Shown: positions 31,808-43,399, counted from the stretch's first letter. The stretch is DNA of 64,000 nucleotides from Methanotrichaceae archaeon (GCA_963803145.1 CAWDLW010000023.1:1-64000), one strand, 5' to 3'. A program made the numbers and translations. The notes: a model not told the origin generated them from the sequence alone.

Positions 31808-34015
31808 ATGGGATATGGGATGAAGGCACCGATACTCAGTTCTACAATGCAGATCTTCATAGGCCTCGTCTCAGGCATCACCATCGGCCTGATCTTTGGA
31901 GATGCTTGTGCAATCCTGCAGCCACTGGGAACTGCATTTATCAAGCTCCTGCAGGTGACAGTGCTGCCTTCCGTAATTATATCCCTCATTTCAGGCATTG
32001 GAGGCCTGAAGCGATCCGATGCCGGCCTCATAGCCAGGAACGGCAGCCTGGTTATGCTGATGATGTGGTCTGTGGGCATTGTGTCCTTCCTGTCCATGCA
32101 GCTGGCCTTTCCAGTGCTCCTAAATCCCTCGTTCTACAGCACCAGGGTCCTCCCTAACCCAGAGGCCACTAATATGATTGACCTCTTCATACCCTCTAAT
32201 ATATTCCATTCTCTTTCTGAGGGAACAATTCCAGCGATTGTTTTTTTCTCACTCCTGCTGGGGTTCACATTAATAGGCGATGACAAGAACAAGCCTCTAG
32301 TGAGCCTGATAAACGGCCTATCCTCAGCAATCTCACGCATGACCCATATCATCTCCAGAATTATCCCCCTCGGCGTCTTCATAATAGCCGCAAGCACTGC
32401 AGGGACTCTCACTTTTGAGCGATTTCTTCAGCTCCAGGTCTTTTTTAGCTCAATGGCAGTGCTTTCAATCCTCATGACACTCATGGTGCTGCCCCTGATG
32501 GTATCATGCTTTACGCCGTTTACCTACAGGGAAATCGTCTCAACGTCATCCAAAGCAGTCATTCTGGGCTTCTCCACTGGCAGTAGCTTCATCACACTTT
32601 CTCTGATCTCTGAAAGCATACAGAAACTTTTCCAAAGCTACGGCAACACGGAAAAGCTGAGGTCCTACAGCGAGATCCTGGTGCCCCTTGGTTACACCTT
32701 CCCCTCCATTGGATCCTTTATGCCCTTTCTATTCATTCTCTTCACAGCCTGGTTTTACCATGACCCACTCAACCTTGAAAGACAGCTGATCCTCATCTCT
32801 GGCGGATTTCTCAGCCTCTTTAGCTCTTATAGAGCTGCCATCGAGTTCATGCTGAATCTGCTGGGTCTGCCAAATGATGCCATCAATCTGTACATGAGCT
32901 CATATTCCCTCCATGTCCACCTCGTAGCTCCTCTGGTCAGCATGTCCATCTTCTCCTTTGCAGCCATTTGTACTGCCCTTCTATCCAACTTCGCCAGATT
33001 TAGATTGAAGAAAGCAATCTTTTCGGCATTGGTCGTCGTGATTGTTTTCTCTGTATCGATAATTGGATTGAACCTGGGCTTTTCTCATCTTCTGGCAAAC
33101 ACATACAGCAGTGATGAGACTGTATCGAATATGGACCTACCAAAACAGGATGACGGCTCATTCATGAATAAATCGCTGGATGTGAAGGTATATATGAGTC
33201 CAGCAGACTTGCCGCACATTGATCAAAGGAAGAATGCCACCGAAGGTGCGCTGGACAGGATCAAGCACCAGTCCGTCCTCAGAGTGGGGTACAACCCCGG
33301 ATCAATTCCCTTTGCTTTCTTCAATAAAAGGGGATCTCTGGTGGGGCATGATGTGGAGATGGCTTATGAGCTGGCCCACTTCATAGGAGTCAAGAAGCTG
33401 GAATTCATCCCTGTCACTGATAGCTCCATGGCCGAGTTTTTAAACAATGGCACCTGCGATATCATCATGAGTGGTGTGATGGTAACGCCTGAAAGGCTCG
33501 ATAGGTTCAGGTTCACATCGCCCTACATGACACTTCACCTGGCTATGGTTGTAAAAGATAATAGAAAAGGTGACTTCACGGACCTAGAGAATATCCAGAA
33601 AATGGAAGGGCTTAGATTGGCGTCACCTGCCGGGTCTGAGTATCTGAACATTTCATCGCAGCTATTTCCAAATGCGAGTCTTGTGAAGCTCAATAACTCC
33701 TGGGAGTTCTTCAAAGGAGATAGAGCTGATGCGCTCCTGACCACAGCGGAAGAGGGATCGGTCATGACACTGCTCTATCCATTCTATGATGTAGCCATGT
33801 TTGATACCACTGATACCTATAAGGTTCTGTGTGCCTATCCTATTGCCAAAGGCAGTGACGAATCTTTCCAAACGCTCCTGAACTATTGGATCAAGATGGA
33901 TGAAGAGTATGGGACGTTGAATAAGAAGTATGATTACTGGATACTTGGCAAGGGCGTGGAGAAGAAGCAGCCTCGCTGGTGCATTGCAAGGGATGTGCTT
34001 CATTTGATGAGATAA
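31808..34015 (+). CDS. Dicarboxylate/amino acid:cation symporter fused to family-3 substrate-binding domain
   Basis: N-terminal DAACS TMs (AFIKLLQ, FSTGSS); C-terminal LRVGY..IPFAF, GHDVEMA, DIIMSG.MVTPER. Confidence 0.88.
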   Translation: MGYGMKAPILSSTMQIFIGLVSGITIGLIFGDACAILQPLGTAFIKLLQVTVLPSVIISLISGIGGLKRSDAGLIARNGSLVMLMMWSVGIVSFLSMQLAFPVLLNPSFYSTRVLPNPEATNMIDLFIPSNIFHSLSEGTIPAIVFFSLLLGFTLIGDDKNKPLVSLINGLSSAISRMTHIISRIIPLGVFIIAASTAGTLTFERFLQLQVFFSSMAVLSILMTLMVLPLMVSCFTPFTYREIVSTSSKAVILGFSTGSSFITLSLISESIQKLFQSYGNTEKLRSYSEILVPLGYTFPSIGSFMPFLFILFTAWFYHDPLNLERQLILISGGFLSLFSSYRAAIEFMLNLLGLPNDAINLYMSSYSLHVHLVAPLVSMSIFSFAAICTALLSNFARFRLKKAIFSALVVVIVFSVSIIGLNLGFSHLLANTYSSDETVSNMDLPKQDDGSFMNKSLDVKVYMSPADLPHIDQRKNATEGALDRIKHQSVLRVGYNPGSIPFAFFNKRGSLVGHDVEMAYELAHFIGVKKLEFIPVTDSSMAEFLNNGTCDIIMSGVMVTPERLDRFRFTSPYMTLHLAMVVKDNRKGDFTDLENIQKMEGLRLASPAGSEYLNISSQLFPNASLVKLNNSWEFFKGDRADALLTTAEEGSVMTLLYPFYDVAMFDTTDTYKVLCAYPIAKGSDESFQTLLNYWIKMDEEYGTLNKKYDYWILGKGVEKKQPRWCIARDVLHLMR

Positions 34016-34068
34016 GAGATGCATCATCGCAGACGTCATATCAATAATGTATTGTATCGTCACTTCAC

Positions 34069-34415
34069 ATCCAGAGGAATTAGCAAAGGCATTTGCCAAG
34101 GAGCTTGTGAGCGAGAATAAGGAGAGCTACAAGGTCCTCTTCGACGAGCTCAAGTTCGAAGGCGGCTATGTGCCGGTGAAGGTTGCCCTGCATATCGAAG
34201 ATGGCGAGGCCATATCCATAAGGGACAGGCTGAGGAACAAATTGGGATTCAAGAACGTCGTGGATGTAAAGAAGGCTACAATTTGGAAGCTGTATCTCAA
34301 GGGTGCGAATCAAGAGAAGCAGGAGAAGGTGGCCAAGGAGATTGCCGAGGGGCTGCTGACGAATCCGCATAAGGATAGCTATGAGGTAATGGGGAGACAG
34401 AAAATTGTGGTGTGA
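34069..34415 (+). pseudogene. Duplicated 3' two-thirds of purS
   Basis: Close direct repeat of 31275-31582; lacks the purS N-terminus. Confidence 0.85.
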
Positions 34416-34448
34416 TGGATGGTAATCAAGCCATGTTGATGTTAACTA

Positions 34449-34474
34449 GAGTGAGGGCTTTTTGGCCTTCACTC
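34449..34474 (+). terminator. Hairpin downstream of purS duplicate
   Basis: gagtgagggc-tttttg-gccttcactc. Confidence 0.5.
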
Positions 34475-35940
34475 AAGTCAAACAAGTGCATCAGACAGCA
34501 AGTAGCGTAGAATAAATTAACGGGAATAACCTTAGGCTTGCATTACAATCCTTATTAGCACGATAGTGCGGGGAAAGGGATACTCGCATATTTTTACTAG
34601 TAAGGAATGAATCTGAAGCTACAGCGTATCCACGCAAAAAGTGGAATAGAGCAAATATAAATGTTAATGCGCACGATAAGCTTAGAGATATCTTCTGGAT
34701 AGCGCAGCAGAATTTTGCCGATGAGGATTGGGCGCGAGACCATAATGGCAGCGATTCCTATCCTAGATAACTGGTTATCATCGCTGCCTGGCAGCGGTCC
34801 ATACCTCCAGGGTCCTCTGGCTCTTCTCCGCTTTAGCAATGAGCCTTGGTTTGTCCTAGGCCCTTACCCTTCGAATGGTAGCATACAATCCGCTTCTCCC
34901 CTCGAAAAATCTCCACTACAAGTGCCAAATACCTGAAAAACGCGTTTATTTAAGACTCTGTGTAGATCAACGCACAATAAGAACCAAGCATCGACAGAAC
35001 ATATATACTATAGAAGAGCTCACTAACCATCAGATGCCCGCTGCGCCTCCAAATGATATAGAAAATAAGATTGCGCCTTCCATAGCGCGCATTCTTGACA
35101 ATAATGCTCAGGTTGTAGGTGCGGGAGTATTAATAAATGAGAGAACAATAATAACCACTGCTCAGGTAATAGCCGAGGCACTTGGAAAAAGTGATGATTT
35201 TCCAACTAATGCCCCGACACTAACCGGCCAGATACATTTGGATTTCCCGTATATTAAAAAGGGAAGTATCTTCTTAGCGGAAAATGTGAATTTGGTGCCC
35301 CGGAGGTCAGATGGGGGTGGAAACACCGCACTTATAATGCTAAAATCTTCTGCTCCAGAAGGGGCAAGGCCAATGAGTTTTTTTATCAAAGATAATATAT
35401 CGAAAGATCTATGGGGGCATCGGTTCTGGGCATTTGTCTTTTCATCGGCCAATCCATTAGGAAATTGGATCTATGGAAAATTGCTTAATTTTCAAGAAAA
35501 TACTAAGCTAATTAAAATAAATATAGAATATATCGATATGTATGGTGCTAGGTTTGAGGGCACGCCCATTTGGGATGAAAATCTAAATGAATTTATCGGA
35601 ATAGGAACAGATTTAATTGGATCGGACGAAGAAGGTTGGTCCGGCAATATAGATCCAGCTGATAATCTCGTACATGAATATTCAATTTTGAACGAATATG
35701 GAAAACGATCAGGTAACTCCGAGGTTAGGACTGAAAACGAACCCAATGTGAAATCAACCTCGGGGAATAAAGAAAACACCGATAAATTACCCGAAGAGGC
35801 GATTCCAGCTGGATTTAGTTTAGGACGAGAATTTACGGGTCATTCGAGCTATATAAGTCGGATTGCATGGTCTCCAGATGGCCAAATTCTTGCTTCTGGA
35901 TCGAATGATAAAACAATAAAATTATGGGATTTCGAGAAAG

Positions 35941-37376
35941 GTATGTGTTTAGCTACACAATTTTAGCCTTAGCATCTGTAGACTATCGAGTCCCTGTTGT
36001 GACCATGTTGCGATCACAGTCATGAGCCTTTCATGAATAGTCGTTCCTTTGCTATTGCGCAAAGTTCCTATGATCTTCCTCTGTACAACATGTTCACGGA
36101 GCGCTCTTTCAGCTCTGTTATTGGTTGGCTCTACACCTGGCTGAATGATAAAAGTGAACCAGTACTCAAAGCCATTGCTAATTTTGCCAATAAGCTTTCT
36201 GACTTTCTCGCTGGCATATTTGCCATTAACCAGCTGCTTGAGCGTAGCTCTTGCCAGATACCATAGCACTCTTCGGACTTCTGGCGGAGGATCGTTCTTT
36301 AGAGCATCGATTAGTAGATCATAGATCTTTCTGAGTGCTCCATGTAATGGAACCGCCTCCGGAATCTTCTCTGCTAGATCTTTTGATTCTCGAAGTAAGT
36401 GAGCCCAGCATCTCTGTAAGTGCTTTGAGAAACGTACATAAGGTTTCCAACCATCACAAACGATGGTTCCCTTGAACTTTCTCGTCAAAACCTCTACCAG
36501 GACCTTCATGCCCCGGCTCTTGCGAATCACGACAAAAGTTTCAGCCAGAGTTGCAAATACCCATAGCCAGTGAGTCTTACCCTGAACATCAATTGATGTC
36601 TCATCTACGTAAAGAACCTGTGCAGCTCGAATTCTTTCCAAAATAGTATTGTATTCCAGTGCAACGGCATCTGCAGCACGGCGAGTTAAGTCAAGTATCG
36701 TTGCAGGGCTTATATCCAGACCATACAGTCGCTTCAGTGCATCTCTGATTTTCCTATGAGGCAACCTGTCCTTGTATTTCAGTAACGTCGCCTGTGCAAT
36801 TGTATTGTTACCGAACATGCCTTCGCTTGGGCAACCAGAATCGGTTCCAACAACCTCTTTCAGGCAGTGAGGGCATATGTAATGGCAGATTTTGTACTCG
36901 GTAACTGTAACTGGTTGTGGTTCGGGAATTTCCTCGATAATCTTCGATTCTATTCTGAACGGATCACCAAGCTTCATACCGCAATCAGGACATCGATCTC
37001 TTGTGACTTGCACTTGCTTGTCAGGCTTGGCTATTGGCCTTGTCAGACCCTTATGTCCTTTCTTCTGACCAGGCTTTCCCGTTTCATTCTGATCATTTCT
37101 TCGATTGCCGCCACGTCTCAGACTCGGCGGAGTATGAGCATTCTCATACTTAGCCAATCGGGCTTCTAGATCAGCTAATCGAGCTTCAAGTTCCTCTATG
37201 CGCCTTTTGAGAAATTCATTCTCGCGTCTTAATAGGTCATTTGGCTCTTGGGGTTGCCTGATGATCTCGTCTTTATCCATATGCCAGCTAGCAGAATATT
37301 ATAGGCATATTATATAAGGTCATGGCTAAAAGGGTCTAAATCCATAAGGATGATACTATAGGGGCTAAACACATAC
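35941..37376 (-). mobile_element. IS66-family element (single ORF)
   Basis: TIR GTATGTGTTTAGC/GCTAAACACATAC; 8-bp TSD CGAGAAAG. Confidence 0.93.
35949..37280 (-). CDS. IS66 transposase
   Basis: Coiled coil, TPPS, KPGQKKGHKG, CPDC zinc ribbon, DET, QRCWAHLLR, TNNRAERALR. Confidence 0.93.
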   Translation of the reverse strand: MDKDEIIRQPQEPNDLLRRENEFLKRRIEELEARLADLEARLAKYENAHTPPSLRRGGNRRNDQNETGKPGQKKGHKGLTRPIAKPDKQVQVTRDRCPDCGMKLGDPFRIESKIIEEIPEPQPVTVTEYKICHYICPHCLKEVVGTDSGCPSEGMFGNNTIAQATLLKYKDRLPHRKIRDALKRLYGLDISPATILDLTRRAADAVALEYNTILERIRAAQVLYVDETSIDVQGKTHWLWVFATLAETFVVIRKSRGMKVLVEVLTRKFKGTIVCDGWKPYVRFSKHLQRCWAHLLRESKDLAEKIPEAVPLHGALRKIYDLLIDALKNDPPPEVRRVLWYLARATLKQLVNGKYASEKVRKLIGKISNGFEYWFTFIIQPGVEPTNNRAERALREHVVQRKIIGTLRNSKGTTIHERLMTVIATWSQQGLDSLQMLRLKLCS

Positions 37377-38314
37377 CGAGAAAGGAAAATTATTATTTAC
37401 TCTCCAAGGTCATCACGATACAATTTCAGATATTTCCTGGTCGTCAGACAGTAGGCGACTCGTTTCAGCATCAAAAGATGGCAAGATGATAATCTGGAAT
37501 ACAGAGACGGACGTGATTGAACTTCAGCGCGATGAGCCCGCTCCCGTAGACAGCATTGCCTGGAATCCAGTAAGGAATGAGATTATAGCATATTCTTCTG
37601 GAAAGCAACTGAAGCGTTGGGTTCTTTCCAAAAAGGACTTTACGAAAGAGAGTCTTCATGATTCCACCTCTTCCTTGCAATTGATTGAAAATCATTCGGA
37701 TACCATTTATTGCGTGAGATGGTCTCCAAGCGGTCAGATTCTTGTATCTTCTTCAGGTAACCACGCGATCAGCATATGGGATATGAGTAATGAAGTCTCC
37801 AACGGTCGCTATAGATTTTCTAGGATTGAAAAGGCCCATTCAGATAGTATTTATGGAATTTCGTGGTCTCCTGCTGGGGAGATCTTCGCCTCGGGATCGA
37901 ATGATGGGACCATAAGGATCTGGGGCAAAGATGAAACTTTGCAGAGGGAATTGGAAAAATGCCCCGAAGGTATCTGTGACTTGGCTTTTTCATTTCAAGG
38001 CAGATTTCTGGCCTCAAAATCTGTTAACGGAACTGTGCGTATCTGGGATTCCAAAGGATGGATATTAATCGCCGAGCTTAAGGTGAAATCTTCTGTACAT
38101 TTCAATTGGGGTTTGGCCTTTCACCCATCTAAGCTATTTTTAGCCACCTTAGACGGAACAGATGAGAAAATTCGAGTATGGAACCTAGATTCCGCTGCCC
38201 TAGAACTATTTCATCTTCTTAATATTAATCCGAAAGCCATTGACGATGTATATTCCGAAGTTGACTCATTGGGTTTTGCTGATTACCGAGATGCTTTCGT
38301 GGATCTATTTGTAA

Positions 38315-39852
38315 CCTTAACTCCGGTTTTTAGGGAATAACTCAAGTCCAATTTTTTCGTCAAGCCTTTCTAATTTTTTAGGTATTTCTGAGATAATATT
38401 ACAATCATTTAATTCTATCAAGTAAACTTTACTAAGTTCTAACAGGACATCTTTTGGAGATTGTTTATCCAGAAGATTCGCCTTCTTCAAGGCCATTTCG
38501 ATTTTCGTATAGGCATATAAAGATAAAAACGATACAAAAATATGCCCAAATACACTCTCGTTATCCTGCAAGTAGAGCGTATCTGATTGAAGTACGTTCT
38601 TATAGGTATCAAAAAGCTTCTCGATTCTATCTCTACTCTTATATTGCATGAAAATTTCTTTCTCACCGAGATCGAGATTTGATACAATCAGAATTCTTCC
38701 CGCACGTTTTTGCGCTTCACTAAGTTCCTGGTTATCGATTAATCCTTCATCTAGCTTTCCATATAGAGTGGTATTTTCTTCAAGCATTAAATGCTGGTCC
38801 TCGAATAAATAAAGGAAGACGTTGTCGAGTTTTCGTTTTCCGCATCGTATCAGCCTTTTTTTATAGAAAAGGTGATCATTCAAATGAATTCTCGTTTCAT
38901 ATAGGCGGCTATTTCTCCTAGCTGGCAGAATGAAGTTCATCTTCTTTTCAAGCAGAAATTTGATGGCATCTTCGGAGAAGAATCCTCTATCGAGTATGAT
39001 AGTGCCCCCCTCTTTCTCTACCTCAATTATACTATTGTAGAGACTCTTTATGTCGCGAACGCTTCCCGGTATCATCCTGATCATCGTGGGAAGTCCTGTT
39101 TCCAGAGAGCAAAATAGGGCAATGTTCACTTGAGGAACATGGATTTTATCCTTATTGTAACCAAACTCTGCAATATTTAATGATGATCGGGTCAATATTG
39201 CACTCAAATCGTACACTAGATCCCGGTCTCTTTCGGACAATGCCTTAAAGACGGATTGCTGCGCATAACTATCTGTCCCAACTACTTTGAGGACATGGCT
39301 CAAATTTTTGGCATCTAAATTTGGTTTTATTCCAGTAACATTATACAATTTGTCCCAGGCACTGCGTACCCTTTTCAAGGGGATATAGCCCATTGTTCGC
39401 GTTATTGCAAGAGCATATATCTCTTCCCACTCACCCTCGAATGCATCTGCAAGATACGATCTCATTTCACTAAGAAGTCGATCGAATAACACAGCGTTGC
39501 CGTATTCTTTAATTCCTCGCAGATTTGTGGCAGTTATTGATCTCTTGATACCCTCAACGAGACCCTTAACCCTATCAAGTTTACCGATATATTCGGAGAT
39601 TTTCCTTCGTTTCTTTAGCTCCTTGTCCCAGTATGTCGTTGAATGATAGACATAATAATTACCGCTTATCTCTTTGACCTCGATTCCTTTCTTCCCCTGC
39701 TTTCGTTGCTCAATCAACCATGATTTCGCCCATTCTTCCATGTATGGTTTATTAGGGTATACATGAATTTATGGTTTTCGATTATAGGACAACCTGTGAT
39801 AGTGATATTCAAAGATTGAAATGATGTTAAACCCTAAATTTCGGAGTTAAGG
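38315..39852 (-). mobile_element. IS1634-like element, copy 1
   Basis: TIR CCTTAACTCCG/CGGAGTTAAGG; flanking direct repeat TTTGTAA. Confidence 0.88.
38317..39741 (-). CDS. IS1634-like DDE transposase
   Basis: VYDLS, GYNKD..PQVN, LDRGF, YKSRDRIEKLF. Confidence 0.88.
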   Translation of the reverse strand: MEEWAKSWLIEQRKQGKKGIEVKEISGNYYVYHSTTYWDKELKKRRKISEYIGKLDRVKGLVEGIKRSITATNLRGIKEYGNAVLFDRLLSEMRSYLADAFEGEWEEIYALAITRTMGYIPLKRVRSAWDKLYNVTGIKPNLDAKNLSHVLKVVGTDSYAQQSVFKALSERDRDLVYDLSAILTRSSLNIAEFGYNKDKIHVPQVNIALFCSLETGLPTMIRMIPGSVRDIKSLYNSIIEVEKEGGTIILDRGFFSEDAIKFLLEKKMNFILPARRNSRLYETRIHLNDHLFYKKRLIRCGKRKLDNVFLYLFEDQHLMLEENTTLYGKLDEGLIDNQELSEAQKRAGRILIVSNLDLGEKEIFMQYKSRDRIEKLFDTYKNVLQSDTLYLQDNESVFGHIFVSFLSLYAYTKIEMALKKANLLDKQSPKDVLLELSKVYLIELNDCNIISEIPKKLERLDEKIGLELFPKNRS

Positions 39853-41839
39853 TTTGTAAATATCAAGACAAAGGAACCATTGGTCGTAGGTATAGATGCA
39901 TCGTGGGGTATGGGCAAGACTACCTTGATGCATATGATCGAAAAAAGGTTGCTAGAACCTGATTTAAAAAATGATTTCAAAACGGTATGGTTTAATGCAT
40001 GGAAATTCGATCAAGAGGAATCATTATGGGCTGCAATGGCTCTAACAATCATTGATAGCCTCAAGAAAAGATATGGGCTAATTGGAAAATCGATTTTCTG
40101 GTTGAGGAGAATGCGGAAAAGCTTATCATCTAGACAAGCTATTTGGATGTTTATAAAGATCTTAATTGCTGCATTCCTGGTATTAGCAGCAGTGTCATTC
40201 GTTTCTAGCACGGGTTTAACCAAAGATTCGGGGTTTAATGAAGCTATTTCATATATTCTTTCGAAAGTTAAGTATTATATATATTTATTACCAATACCGA
40301 CATTTGTCTCCAAAAATCCATCAATCGGAAGCTTGGTTCTTCTAATTGGAGCTGTTTTATTGGTAGTCAAGCAATACTCAGACATGAAGCCCTTCCAACT
40401 CTCAACAAAGAAGATTTTTGATCAGCCCAATTACGAAGATAAAATAGGCTTCATCGGGAGCTTTCAAAAGGATTTCGGGGATATTATCTCAATTGCTACT
40501 AACTCGCTTGTAGGCGGAAAAACTTCAAAGCTAGTAATTTTCATCGATGATTTGGATAGATGTTCGCCCCCGAAGCCCGTCGAAATAATAGAAGCAATAA
40601 ATATATTTTTGGATGCAAAAAATTGTATTTTCGTAATAGGAATGGATGGGCCAACCATTGCGGCAAGTGTTGAAACGAAATACAAAGACCTAAAGAATTA
40701 TTTTGATAACTTCGATACCAATGAATTGTCACTCGGGCAGCGCTTTCTTGAGAAGATTATTCAAATCAACTTTCGAATACCAAAATCAACACAGGATGCC
40801 GTAAAGGATTTTATTAATAGACAAATGGGAATACAAGCTTCTCAAGAAGCTCGAAAAGATGGGGGGCTACGAGTTGAGCCTCCTTCTGAAGTATTGGTCC
40901 AGAAAGCAAGAGAATCATTAGAAAATATTCTACCTAAAGCCAGGAAGGAAGGGAAGACGCTCGATCAAATTTCGAAGGAAATCTTGGCAGAAAAACCTGA
41001 TCTAACGAAAGTCGCTATAGATAAAGCAAAAAAAGACGTTTTCCCTTCATATTTATTCGAGGAATATCCTGAAGTCAGTAGAGTTTTGGAGAAGGTTCCT
41101 GAATTGCTAGAGTTCAATCCAAGAAAAATAAAGCGATTTCTAAATGATTATCGCCTTCAGGCATTGATTGCAAACCGACGCGGTTTATTCGATAATAGGT
41201 GTATTAATCTGGAGTCGTTAGCAAAATTTGTAATTATTTCGATGAGGTGGCCGGATATCATAAATGTAATCGTTAATGATAAGGACTTTATTAACCGATT
41301 GAAGGCTGCATACGAGTTAAACCAAATCGAGATTTCTGGAAAGAATCTTAAAAAAGAAGAGAGACAGAAACTTGATTCCTTCCTCAAAGAGCCATTAATC
41401 GAAAGGATGATAAATGCAAAAGATTTCATAGAATTAATGGGCGATATTCTCTTGCGGCCCAATTCCTTCGAAATCTTCCTCTGTTTGTCAGAAATTGGCA
41501 CGCCAGTTTGAAAAGCTGACTTTAATCTTCAACCTGCATTCCACATATTAAACTCTTGATTTCTGAATTTTCAGCTTTTAAATATCAGAAATATCTTTAA
41601 GTCAAAGGGCATGGCGCATCATTGCAGCACTATGTGGGGTATTACGTTTTAAAGTAATTAATAGCTAGCTAAAATTAAATTGATAAAACGGAGAAGAATG
41701 CAAACGCTGGAGATAAATTATTAATATAATTTATCAATAAATGTAGGGTGAAACTTTTTGCCAGACAAGGCGAAAACTCATAAAAAAGGTAGCGATAAAA
41801 ATGAGGAGGACCATCAGAAAGCTCTTGAATTACTTAAAA

Positions 41840-43399
41840 CCTTAACTCCGCGAATATGGGGAATAAATTGGGCTTTTAAGTGGTTATTTCGGCTCTAGAT
41901 TCTTATTTGAGCGAAAGCTTAATTAACCTTTATTCCCCATATGGTGAATATGGAGACTTGGGCTAAAGAGTGGTTAGAGGATCAAAGAAAGAAAGGAGTT
42001 AAATGCCTTGAAATAAAACAGCATGGCGCTAAGCATTATGTTTACCATTCCACGACACATTGGGATAAAACTCAAAATAAAGCGATAAAGACCTCAAAAT
42101 ATATTGGTAAACTTGATCAAGAGCGCGGTTTAATAAGGTCCCATGAAGAAGATAGCCAAAATGTAAAGGTTGAAAAGTCAACAAAGGTTAGAAGCATTAC
42201 CGAGTACGGCAATGCCCTTTTGCTTCACGAAGCCATGAAAGACATAAAACCGCTATTGATGGAAGGTTTTCCTAACAATTGGTCGGAAATTTATTCGCTT
42301 TCTATGTTGAGAGTTATGGGAAATGTCCCTTTAAAAAGAGCTGAAAGCGCATGGCAAAAGCTCTATAATGTGGAATCCATTGAACCTAATCTCAAGTCTC
42401 AACATCTCTCTAAAGTAATGCAAGATATTGGCGGCAACCGCAAAGGTCAGAGCATATTATTTAAGGGCCTTCTCGATCAAAGTGAACAGCTTGTATACGA
42501 TTTAAGTTATATATTTTCGCGTTCTGTGAGCATACGTCAAGCAGAAAAGGGCTATAATAAAGATAAAATTCAATTACCTCAAATTAACATAGTGCTACTT
42601 TGTAACGCTGAAACTGGGCTGCCAACTATGATAAGATCCCTTCCAGGCAGTGTCAAAGACATAGCAACCCTGAGAAAATCCCTTTCTGAATTTGATATCC
42701 AAAACAAGATGCTCATATTGGATAGAGGTTTCTCCTCAGAAGATGTCTTTTCGGATTTAAATGAACTTGATATCTCATACCTTATTCCGGCGAAAAGAAA
42801 TAGCCATTATTATGATACGCGCATTCACCTAAATAGTCACTTTCGCTACCGTAAGCGGCTAATTCGATGTGGTAGCAGAATGTGCAAAGACAAGTATCTC
42901 TATCTATTTGAAGATCAAGAACTCTTGCTTGAAGAGCGTAATACCCTTTACGATAAACTTGATAAAGGTGAGATTGATAGAAATCAGTTTGATAAAAATT
43001 TTAAAAAAGCTGGAAGGATTTTAATTCTGTCAAATCGAAAGATGTCTGAGCAGGAAGCTTATGAATTCTACAAGAAAAGGGACGTTGTCGAGAAATTATT
43101 CGATACCTATAAATCAACTTTGTATGCAGATAGATTATACCTACATAACGATGAAAGCGTTTTCGGACATGTATTTATTGGATTTTTATCTCTCTACGCA
43201 TATTGTAAAATCGAATCTCTATTAAAGAAAGCCAATCTAAATAGAACTATGACACCAATGGATTTACTATTTGAGTTTAGCAAAATATATCATATCGACT
43301 TTGGTGAAGAGGACGCTATTATGGAAATTCCTAAGAAAGTTCGTGATCTAGATGTAAGGCTTAAACTAAATCTATTCCCCACGTAATGCGGAGTTAAGG
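41840..43399 (+). mobile_element. IS1634-like element, copy 2 (diverged)
   Basis: TIR CCTTAACTCCGC/GCGGAGTTAAGG; 6-bp TSD TTAAAA. Confidence 0.88.
41941..43386 (+). CDS. IS1634-like DDE transposase
   Basis: Homologous to 38317-39741 (VYDLS, LDRGF, YKKRDVVEKLF). Confidence 0.88.
   Translation: MVNMETWAKEWLEDQRKKGVKCLEIKQHGAKHYVYHSTTHWDKTQNKAIKTSKYIGKLDQERGLIRSHEEDSQNVKVEKSTKVRSITEYGNALLLHEAMKDIKPLLMEGFPNNWSEIYSLSMLRVMGNVPLKRAESAWQKLYNVESIEPNLKSQHLSKVMQDIGGNRKGQSILFKGLLDQSEQLVYDLSYIFSRSVSIRQAEKGYNKDKIQLPQINIVLLCNAETGLPTMIRSLPGSVKDIATLRKSLSEFDIQNKMLILDRGFSSEDVFSDLNELDISYLIPAKRNSHYYDTRIHLNSHFRYRKRLIRCGSRMCKDKYLYLFEDQELLLEERNTLYDKLDKGEIDRNQFDKNFKKAGRILILSNRKMSEQEAYEFYKKRDVVEKLFDTYKSTLYADRLYLHNDESVFGHVFIGFLSLYAYCKIESLLKKANLNRTMTPMDLLFEFSKIYHIDFGEEDAIMEIPKKVRDLDVRLKLNLFPT

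Larger units (their letters stand above)
35034..41511 (+). pseudogene. Trypsin-like (inactive)-WD40-KAP P-loop NTPase gene interrupted by two IS elements
   Basis: Removing each IS plus one TSD joins 35034-35940, 37385-38314 and 39860-41511 in frame (1162 aa); Walker A ASWGMGKT, FNAWKF, Walker B IFIDDLDRC, FLEKIIQ, NPRKIKR. Confidence 0.9.

Noticed and set aside
17032-33765. Many antisense/alternate-frame ORFs in the track
   Set aside because: Shadows of well-supported genes on the opposite strand or frame.
34597-35033. Short ORFs upstream of the KAP gene and its N-terminal extension from 34875
   Set aside because: No recognisable motifs; a TATA box ~25 nt before ATG 35034 favours that start.
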